NCBI RefSeq assembly: GCF_036321535.1
Contig: NC_087436.1
Coordinates: forward strand, 41,728,001-41,792,000
Origin: Camelus dromedarius
Taxonomy: Eukaryota
DNA length: 64,000 nt
Reading direction: 5' to 3'
Under the pieces are notes generated by a model. The model made no database searches. It saw nothing but the letters and a program-made list of their open reading frames with translations, and was not told the DNA's origin. Numbering within the stretch: position 1 is the first letter of the stretch; the number at the start of each line of letters is the position of its first letter. Of this stretch, positions 39,701-49,857 are shown one piece after another. The translations under genes and the position numbers were made by a program.

Positions 39701-40851
39701 GATTCTTTAAAGGTACTATGCAAACCAACAGCAAAATGTTTGTCTTTTTCATTGTGATCAATTTTTTTCATGGGTTTTGAAAAGGCAAAAGAGGCTTTTG
39801 CTTTGTTTTTTGCAGGCAGAAAAAATGTAGGGAAACTTCATTGAAAATATGTTTGGCCCTGTGAAATTCACCTTTGTCATTTGTTAAATGCTTTTTTTTC
39901 CGTCATTCTATCCAAATTATTTCATCCTCAGATACAAGCAGGCCATTCATCTATTAGTTTCAAGCTAATCGCATGAAATTAAACACCAAGATGTGCGTAA
40001 TTAGAAATCACCTCACCCTGGAAAATGGGATAATGACAGAGTCCTTGAATCAGTGGAGGTTAAAGCTGCATGTGTAGAGCACATTTGTACAAACCTGAGA
40101 TAAGCTTCTGATTAAAGATATTGTATGAAGGCACAATTAAAAGTTATGTTTAATCTAGAAGGAAGAGTTTATTTTAAGTACTGTGACCTTAGAATTGCAT
40201 CATGTAAGTAGCAGAATCTCTGGCAAATTTATATATATATAAAATATATATATATATAAAATACAATGCCCTTTCCTCAACCTTGTGTTAAGTTCAACTG
40301 CTTTCCAAGGAATCGCTTAGTATGAGTAACAACTTTAATATACAATGCATATAAATTATTAGGTACAATGCACTAATAAAAAGGATTGTGACAATTGTGA
40401 GTTATTTGAATAGGAAAAAGGTTAAGACTGACCACCTATCATGTGGCCCAATAAATACAGATGCACTAAAGATGCAAATCCTGAAACTATACATGTAAAA
40501 CAAAATATGTCAATATTCTTGAATTGGGAATTGAGATTGTCCCTCTAAGCATAATAGCAAAAGCAGAAATAATCGAAAAACTGTAACTGACTCAGGGAAC
40601 ATGAGATAGACATTTTTGTTATAAAAATGTATGTGGCATAATACATATGAAGAAATTTTATGCATACCTAGTGTCATTAATGGTGCCATTCCTGAAAGAA
40701 ACTGGAATAAAATAAACATACTGAACTCATGACAGGACTTCTGGAGACATTATAAACCCAATTTCCTAATCTTTATTCTAGTGGCCTGATAATAATATTT
40801 CACATCTGTCTCCTGATATCCTCTCTTTCTTCCTTAATAACCACCTGAAAG

Positions 40852-41240
40852 TATTTATTTATTTTTTTAAATTGAAGTATAGTTGATTCACAGTGTTGTG
40901 TTAGCTTCTGGTATACGGCATGGTGATTCAGTTATACATATGTGTGTGTGTGTGTATTTGTTTTCAGATTGTTTTTCATCATAGGTTTTTACAAGATATT
41001 GAACGTAGTTCCGTTTGCTATATAGTAGGACCTTGTTGTTTATCTGTTTTGTATATAGTAGTTTGTATCTGCTAATCCCAAACACTTAATCTCTCCCTCC
41101 CCCACCCCCTTTCCCCTTTGGTAACCATAAATTTGCTTTCTATATCCATGTGTCTTTTCTGTTTTGTAAATAAGTTCATTTGTATCATTTTTTTTTTAGA
41201 TTCCATATATAAGTGGTATTACATGATACTTGACTTTCTT
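40852..41240 (-). mobile_element. Cetartiodactyl-type L1 3'UTR, 5'-truncated
   Basis: T-tail then attgaagtatagttgattcacagtgttgtgttag...ctatatagtaggaccttgttgtttatc...ttcccctttggtaaccataa...ttagattccatatataagtg. Confidence 0.93.
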
Positions 41241-41479
41241 ACGTTCACATTTAAATTCCTGGGTGGTGGCTGAGGCCAGAGGAGGTTCTGATTAGCTTTG
41301 CTACTATTGTCTATACTTGGTAGCAGCCTCCACACCAAACCATGCTGTGGACTACTGGCTAGCTACACAGATCTGCACCTGAAAAGATTCTACACCATGA
41401 AACAAAGGGGAACTTGAGTTCACTACATCAAGAGAAGCATGCTAAAACTACTAAATATTTAGAATTCTGGGACTGTGTC

Positions 41480-43465
41480 TAGAGATTATGATGAAATATG
41501 AGATAAAGTAACAAACTGAAATGAAAAAGAAAGTGATTAAAATGCATGAAAAGATTATGTGGGAAAAAATACTGTTAAGGTAAGTAACACTTTCAAAGCA
41601 ATATTAAAATCAAATTTAGAGATCATAAAAAACTGAATTAATACTACAGAAAATAAAATCAGAAAATCGAAAGAAAACTTGAGAACTAACCACAATTGAA
41701 AATATCAAGGAGATCAAAATAATATCTGAGAGGTTGCTAGAAATCTTGAAATGGTTATCTGACATCTAGAAGTAACCAGGACTAGTGGAATGTGAACAAT
41801 AATTAAATTAAAACAGATTTTCAAAAAGCAGTGATCTTAAAAATGACTAAAACTTAAAAAAGATAATGGCTCACTGAGATTTCTCAAAATAAGTAAAATA
41901 AGTCTCCATCCTTGAAATAGGTGGTTTTTTTTTTTAATTTTTAAGAAGAAAATAATCTGGAAACATTGAGACAGAAAAACTAAGTAACCAATCAAAAACA
42001 ATGTAAGTTAGGAAAAAACAAAAATCAAATTGGCCAAAGATTTTTCAACAACAAAATTCATCAGTGGATGACCATTTCTGTTCTCTAATACTGAGAAAAT
42101 TTTCTAGACCTTCAAGGAAATGTTAGAGACTCCAAAAATTTAAAAAGATAGCATGGTGGCATTAATTCTCTGGATTATATAAAATAGAACTCACAATTCA
42201 CCAATGATCTGTCAAAAGACACAACTAAAATCATCACATGAGCACTTAAATTTGTTTTACCTAGATAATTGTTATATATAATTTTATAAAACTTAACATG
42301 AACATTAAATTGGAGAAATAAATTCTGAAAAAGAAGATTAAAAACAAGCCGGAAAATTCCTGAGGAAAATAAATCTAATAAACTAAAATAAATTAGGAGG
42401 ATAGAACTGGGTAACAAGGAAAAAAATTGCTCAGCTCACCTAAGGTGATGCTAGCTACTTCCAGACAAAGGGTTGCTCCTGAGACTGCCTCTTTTATATC
42501 TTGACCTCAGATCTTGCATGCCTAGAGCTTGAGAAACCATCTTAAGACCATTAAAGAAAGGCCAGAATAACATTGAGGACACTGATCCTCTTGTAATTCT
42601 CTAAATGAATGCCAGCCATGACCTACTTCAAAATTGTTTTTTATAAGAAAAACTTCTATTTCTGTAAGGAAATGTAATTTGATTTTAAGGTACTTACAGT
42701 CAAATGCAATCCCAGTTCTTAAGATGTAATGAGATCCTCCCTCATTCTTAAAACTCATAAAAAATATTGAATTAGCATATCATATTTAGCAATGAGCATA
42801 AGCATAAAATGACCACTAATGAAATTTAAAACACTATGTACACTACTCAATTTCTCTAGAGATTAAAAAAAGAATATAAACAAAAATAGTCTGTAAGATG
42901 AAAACAGAACAATGAAAGCATCAAGAACAGAAGTCACAAAATGAAATAAAACAAAAGGTTTATAAAAAATGAATTAAAATCTTCCTTAAAAAGTTGTCTT
43001 TACTTTTGCCTGCTCCCATTGGCATAAGTAAAGTGAGGATATAGGAGAGTTGATAGCACATTTGTGTGCTAAGTATGTAGAATAGCTCTTATTTTTAAAA
43101 TTTGTTCCCTAAACAGATTCAAATATCATTAGACCATGAAGAAAATCTCAATAAACTCCAATGGGCAGAAACTGTATCAGTCACACCTTTTTTGGAAAAG
43201 TTAAAAAAAAAATTATTACCTAAATGACAAAAAAGTCACTGAAAGTATTGATTTGAATAAAGTAACATTAAACACTTGACTCGATTAGGATATTCTACCT
43301 ACAATTAGAGATGATCGCTGAAAATGGGAGTACTTTCAAATGCTTTAGTAAACAGAACTATTTTCTGAAATTAAATACTTTCATTTAAAAGTGAACAAAA
43401 TTAGTTAAACATTAACTTAAGAAGTTGAAAAAAATTTGAGAAATTCAAAGAAAGAAAAGAGCAAA
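41480..43465 (+). mobile_element. Very old L1 remnant (ORF1/ORF2 pieces) with an MLT1-like LTR fragment at ~42400-42730
   Basis: A-rich L1-like text (aaaatcaaattggccaaagattt; gaccatgaagaaaatctcaataaactcc); LTR-type ending tacttacagtcaaatgcaatccc. Confidence 0.55.
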
Positions 43466-43473
43466 TAGAGAAG

Positions 43474-44400
43474 GTCCCCAGAGAATTTATGCGACAGACT
43501 TACCTCCAGGCTTTGTGAGTCCGCCTAATAGCTGCTGTGTTGCTTTCTTAGATTGAGGGGTACCCACTATTTTCCCTTGTTGAACTAATCCTCCCTAATT
43601 CAACCAGAGTTAGTGTTTCTGGCTGCCTGTGCATGGTTCCTGAGACCTATCATAACCTCCCAGAGGTGCTGGCCTTGTAGATGAGATCGACCACAACCCT
43701 CATTGTGGTGGCCCACCAAGTTTCACTTTGAAGAATCTTGAGTCTCTCACACCCCGGTTTGCCACCCAGAAGGATTAGGAAAAAGAAGTTGGAAGAGCTC
43801 AGAATGTAAAATAAGTGGAACTTGATCTGAGAGAAATTACTGGAGTGCAGTGCGTCACAACTAGTGGAGCACCCCTCCAGGGGGATTTTGGGTAAGAGCA
43901 AGTTTGACAAAGCATTTTAGAAATGGCAACTCAGAAACATGGCATGCTTGAACAGGAGGTCAGGGATTTCCTTACAAGGCTAACAGGTCTTATTTTCTAG
44001 AAGATTGGAAAATTGTGATTGGCATGTATTAGGTTTCCTTGTGAGTGAGGTGTTTCCCATAAGTGCAAGCTGACTTAGGTTTAGATTCTTGATGTGGGCT
44101 GGGCCACTGGGCTGCCCCTATTTTGTGGGAACCGATGTACAAATTACCTTTATCAGTCGTAAGGCAATAACCTGGGAATGGGAAGTCTAAATACAGACTT
44201 TTACACAGTCTGTTTTCAGTTCCCCACCTGATTTCTGCTTCAATAACTGAAGTTTCCTGGAGCTATGGAAACAATTCTTTTTCATGTCAGCCATGCCCCC
44301 TGGAGGTACTATGTTGTAAGTGAGGAACCACGCCTCTCCACTGCTGGGGTTTTACCTCTTGTTCTCTTTGAACTTAGAGGTTTTCATATACTTTGAGTTC
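43474..44400 (-). mobile_element. ERV1-derived composite: leader fragment with splice donor (43474-43700) plus LTR-like sequence
   Basis: Abrupt GC rise. Reverse complement of 43474-43535 closely matches 50214-50274 of the provirus downstream. Internal organisation not resolved. Confidence 0.6.
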
Positions 44401-44648
44401 CTATTTGAATGAGTTTTCATAGGAAAGGAGATATATGTTAGTGACCCTTCAATTCTCCATGTCTAACCAGAAGCTTCAGGGTCAAATTAGTGAATCAGAA
44501 GGATGTAATCCTTAAGGAAGGTATTGGTTTTGTAATATTTTGAATATATATATAATCAATATAATTGGTATAAACAAATCAACATTATATTTATGCATTT
44601 TATCTCATATAATCATCAATTTATCTAGTGTTAATTTATCATTGACCC

Positions 44649-45350
44649 TGTTACCGAACCTCAGATCTGACTGCTCGCCATTCACAAGCCAATATAGAGG
44701 CATATGTTGGTAGAAAGGAAATTTTGCTTTATTCTGGAGGCCAGCAATCGGGGATGGGGGGTGAATATGGGGATGTAGGGTGCACTCCTATCCAGAGACC
44801 AACTCCCCCGCTGTCAATCAGTGGGCAAGACCTTTTAAAGGGGGAGTTGCAGGGATGTGTAGGGGATAGATGCAGAAGAGCACAGTCAGCTCTGACAGTC
44901 ATCTTGTAATTAGTCATGCAGGGGTCTGATCAGTCATCTTGATTGTTTTAAGTACAATTAACCTTTAGTTCCATGGTCGGTTTGTTCCCATTTCTTTGAG
45001 ACCGTTTCTCAGAATTGTAGCAGCTTATGTCATGGTTACAGTTTGGGCATCACGTAGTTAAGTTCTTCCACCAGGTGGGGTTTCCATTATCTACAAGACA
45101 GCTTAAAGGATATGGCTCAGAGAATTATCTATAGCCTTTGAGAAGGAACTAAAGGTCCTTGACTTTGTTAAATGACTAAACCATTATTTTCTTTTACTTG
45201 ACTATTTCCCTTTGTTTCTGTATTTCATTTCTCTGATTAAACTTATTTTTTGACTACAGTTTTTCTAGAGACAGGAGGCAGGCAGAGGACATTTGGTGGT
45301 GGTGGTGGGGTCTGTCCTGGGAAGGCCCCGTAGGGTCCTGCTCTATTTCA
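44649..45350 (-). mobile_element. Cetartiodactyl ERV1 solo LTR (MER41/LTR39-like), full length
   Basis: Minus strand begins tgaaatagagcaggaccctacggggccttccc and ends ...ggttcggtaaca; antisense AATAAA (tttatt ~44728) and TATA-like ttttaa; imperfect 4-bp TSD accc/actc. Confidence 0.9.
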
Positions 45351-46864
45351 ACTCTAGGTAGGTGAAGCAAACGTTGTCTCACTTTAGGCCCTAGAACTTA
45401 ACCTGGCCTTCGTAAAATCTAGCAGCAAAATTTGAAAAAAAAAATGTATCATGAGGTTTGAAATCACTCAATGTCATTTTTTTACCATATTGCTATTATG
45501 AGTTATTTATTTTTATTATTTAGTACTTCCTCCTATAAATAAAATGAAGAAAATATTGCAGTTGATTCATGCTCATTATAACCAGTTCCATTTAATTAAA
45601 AATTTAAATTTATGTATTATAACTAATAATTTAATTTAAAAATGAATTTCAGCTGCATGTTCACGATAGGGAAATATTTCACAAGTATATGTTTTTAAAA
45701 ATTACTATTGTCTTAAAATATTTTTTTTCTAAGTCACTGAAACCATATTTTTGCTGAGAGCAAATAAGCTTAGACCTCAGAGGATCTACTTCGGAAGTTA
45801 AAAGGTCCACTTAGGAAGTAAAAACCCGCAATGCTCTAATGGAATTTAAACATAGCAAAATCTCTTCTCCCCCCTGTTATCATTAACTGGTGTGAGGCTT
45901 TTTTGATGAAGTTTAAAAGGCTTCTTCAATAAATTCCCACCAGCAAGCCAAAGTAGGAACAATTTTAGAGCTTTGTTTTCTTGTTTGATTTTATATAATA
46001 GTGCTGTATTGCTTTTAGCCAGTTTATTGTTTTCTATAACTTGACCCTTGAAATAAAAACCATACTGTTTGTTTTAATATGAAAAGACAATAAGGAGTGA
46101 AGCAGGAAAGGCAATGTATGAGATTTTTAAAAAGATATTTTGGGAATTCACTAACTGTCTTTTCTCATTTCTACATGCATGAATGCCTTCCCAACCATAA
46201 ACATTATTTCTGAAGTCACTTGGTAGGAATACTTTCATTTGCACTTAAGGCTTTTTTAGAAAAATTTGGTAAAATAGTCTCAGGTGCCTAAAAAAAAATG
46301 TTAAAGACAACATATAACTACAAAAAGATCAGTGATGTTATATTTTCTGAACTATTAAGAATCAGTACTAGCTATTTAATTTTTAATCTTTCCTTTGGTA
46401 CTATAAATTTTATAAGATTACCTCACCAAAAAGGATTAATAAAATGCCAGAAGTTTCCATTTTTTTCCCAAAGGGTATACATCATATTGAAACTTTCTTT
46501 CAGTCATATTCTATTTTCTAATTTTAGAGCTCAAAACCTTAGACTTCAGCATTTCTGGCCCCAGAGCAACAAAGCCTTTTAAATTAGAAATTTTTAAAAA
46601 ATGAGATAAGTTTTCATCAAGATATTAATCACAGGTAAATAAGTAAGTGACATTCAAACCCAGTACCAAATAAAAGGGAATAAATAGCTTAAGTGATATG
46701 GCATGTCATAGGATTTTCCACTGTCTCTCACATACAAAAATTCTTTTTGCACAAGACTCGAGGATAGTTAGAAGATTTAGATTTTCTTCTACCCAGCTTC
46801 CTTTACTTCTCCTGGGGTTTAATTCTCCTGCTCCACCTTCTACTTTAGTTTCCTAATTCCTTCA

Positions 46865-47240
46865 AGAAGGTCTAAGTTATGCTATACTAGCAACAACTTT
46901 AAATTTTTTTTAGCTTAACCCAATATTTATCTTTGCTTACACATCACTGTGAATATAGGACATGCCCCAGGCTGTCTGCCCTCCCTGTATTTACTTCAGC
47001 CCGGAGGCTGCTCTTCAGTACCTAGCACCTCGACCTCAATATGCTTTTACAATCACTGAAGCAAGGAGGAGTCATGCTGAAAAATTGATCACTGACTTCC
47101 AACAGAAGTGAAATGCCTCACTCCTCACGTTCGGTTGGCCAAAACAAGTCACATGATCACTCTTTTAATTCATGGGGATGAGGACATGCAGACTTCCTAT
47201 ACATCTGGGAATACAGAAGAAACATATTGTGGTGAACATT
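46865..47240 (-). mobile_element. LTR33/MLT1-like old LTR
   Basis: ctaagttatgctatactagcaacaac...cagaagtgaaatgcctcactcctcacgttcggttggccaaaacaagtcacatg. Confidence 0.7.
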
Positions 47241-47799
47241 TTTTAACCTACTTATAAATAATTTTAAATTAATTAATATAAATTAGAATCATAACTTTAT
47301 TGTTGGCTAAAAAACAAAACAAAGTGTGTACAAAGGTTTTGTGTCAACGAAGAATTGACAATAACGTTAACATCATTCATACTCCAGTCCCTCCCCCATA
47401 TTTGTAAGTTCTTCAGTAATTCAGTAGACCCTCAGCACTTTCTATAAATAAGAAACTCCAAAAAACAACTCTTTAAATTTATCAAGAAAGAATATTTTCC
47501 TCATGAAAACCAAAGAAAGTCAAATTGTCTTCTTTGGTCTCATGATATCCATACTCATGTATTTTGCACTGATGTCTGTATTATGTTTTTCCATGTCAGA
47601 AAGTTTATTCTAGAAATATTTAAGCATTTTATTTTCTTCCAGTTAATATCTATTCTTTCTGAAATATAATAGAGTCTTGGAAAAGAACCTAGTGCTAGTC
47701 CAGCTTATGGTTACAATGTCTGCTTTTAAACTTGCTTCATTTATATCAAATTGTAGAGGATTAAGAGTTCCCTCTTCAGACAAATTTTTAAATAATTGA

Positions 47800-48003
47800 T
47801 TGCCTTACCCTTCTCCATCATCAGGGTTTCACTCTTTACTGGACCATTCCTATTAGCCTATAAATATGCTCTACACCCAAACATTAAAATAATGTCCTCT
47901 TGTCCTTGCTTCCCTCAAAGTAGGATCTAAATTTTCTGCTTTTCTTCACAGCAAGACTTCGAGTTACTTATAATTTCTACTTCCTCACCTTTCATTCACT
48001 GCA
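47800..48003 (+). mobile_element. L2 ORF (RT-region) remnant
   Basis: ctctttactggaccattcctattagcctataaatatgctc...cttcacagcaagacttc corresponds to the L2/CR1 motif SL.TG.FP.A.K.A....P..LP..K..E. Confidence 0.6.
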
Positions 48004-48139
48004 TTTTAATGATATTTATTGTTTTGTTTCTTTTTTTTATTTAGGAAATTTAAAAATGCAAAGAAGAAAATAATAAGTTCTGATATTCTTCTCACTCCAA
48101 ACCAACCATCCTTAATAATTCTTTTGTAATTGGTATTAC

Positions 48140-49190
48140 AGTCACATTGTGATTTGTTTAAGAATCTGTTTCCACACCACTCTGCCATCTTTGCTCTATC
48201 TCAGATCAGTTTTCCACATATACATGGGGATTTTCTATGCTCTGGGTCTGTGTAGCTCTCTCTTCAGTCCCTTTTGTGTATGTGTTTTGTCAGCTAAATT
48301 CTCCCTGTGTTAATTACCGTATCTTTATTGCTACTTTTTAATATGTGGAAGAACCAGTCTCTGCAAATTGTCATTTTTCTTGAATGCCTTTGACTGTTCT
48401 TGATTATTTGCTCTTTGACATAAATTTTAGAATCAAATTGCTAAATTAAATATAAAAGTGAAACAAATCATAATTTTACTAGAACGGTAGTCTTTGTCAA
48501 CTGATTAAGTTTATATCACAACAATGCTCAGTATCCCAATCATAGAAAGTTATATTTCTACCATTTTTTTCAGATTTTCTTTAATGTCTTAAAGTTTAAT
48601 AATTTGCTCCCTACAAACTTTGCACTTAAAAAAAGATGTGTTCCTTTTTTATTGCTACTGTAAATGATCACTTTTTATTTTATCTTATTAATGAGGATGT
48701 TAACTGATTGCTACTAGATTTTAGAAATTCATTCATTTTTTAATTTTGAGTCTTGGTAAACTTTCTTACTTAATTCTATTAATTTATCAGTAGATTTTGC
48801 AGGGGGTTCTCTATGGAGAGTCGTATCATATAAATAATAGAAACTTTTTTTTCCATTTCTCACATCTATTTTCTTTTTTTAATTTGCTATCACTGGCAAG
48901 GACCTCATAATTATGTTTAATTGGGAATAACGATGGCAGGCATCTTTGTGTTGTTCCTGATGTTGAAGGGAATGCTTTCATTTTTTTCTCACTCAAGTGT
49001 GATTTTTTTAAAAATTCTTTTTGTGTATGTACCTTGCTAAATGAAAAAATATTTCTTACTTCTCTTTTGCTAAAAATTTTATAAAGAATGAATGTTGAAT
49101 TTAATTGCACATTTCCATCATTTATCAAGATAATAATCTTATCTTTACCTTTTTGTTTGTAATATGTGAAAGTATATTAATCACTTGGAG
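48140..49190 (-). mobile_element. Old L1 ORF2 (RT region) remnant
   Basis: ORF 48826-49128(-) KMKAFPSTSGTTQRCLPSLF..EVLAS matches L1 RT KLKAFPL.SGTRQGCPLSPLLFN..LEVLA. Confidence 0.88.
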
Positions 49191-49194
49191 AATT

Positions 49195-49835
49195 TGTAAT
49201 TGTATTATCTTCATAGGTTTTCACCCCAAGTCAAAGCTACCTTTTGATTTTGAATGCATAAGGGGAGTTTTTACCTCTATCTGTTTTCAAGGCCAAGATT
49301 GGAAAGTTTTCCAATCTGTCTTTTTCTGGGCAGTGGGGTTTAATTTTCATTAAGCTGTTAGGGTTCTGCTTATGTTGAGTCACCAATCCAGTTCTACACC
49401 ATGGGCAGACAGAAGCTTTATCGTCTGTCCTCTATGCTGTATGCAATCATTAAAGCAGAATCTCTCAGGGTTTGGCAGAAACTCTAGCAGAAAACTAGTT
49501 TGGTGCTTTTGAAATAAATTTCTAGACCCAAGATGTCCTGCCTGTAGTGCCATGTCAGCATGGAAGTTCAGATAACTTTTGTGTTCAAGAAATACTCGGC
49601 TTGACCACAGGGTCAGCCAGTCACCAATTCCAAGCCAACTCTGGGTCTTCTCATCCAAACAAGGTTGACTATGTGGCCCCAACCAATCAGATATCTTGTT
49701 AGTCTCCTTTATTCTTTATTCTATAAAAGCTTTCTGCCTTTTGCAGTTCTCCAAAAAAACGACTGATCTGCTTCATGAAGTGTTAAAAAGTTTGTTTGTA
49801 TAACCCAAATTATTTTCTTTAATCATTTTTAATTA
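49195..49835 (+). mobile_element. 5' LTR of an ERV1 (MER4-group) provirus; left edge approximate
   Basis: CCAAT box (ccaatcag ~49683), TATA box (tataaaa ~49722), degenerate polyA signal, directly followed by a PBS-like sequence. Confidence 0.7.
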
Positions 49836-49839
49836 GTTT

Positions 49840-49857
49840 TGGTGAAAGGAATGGGAT
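49840..49857 (+). other. Degenerate retroviral primer-binding site, tRNA-Leu-like
   Basis: tggtgaaaggaatgggat versus the tRNA-Leu 3' complement tggtgtcaggagtgggat: 15/18 by eye. Confidence 0.6.
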
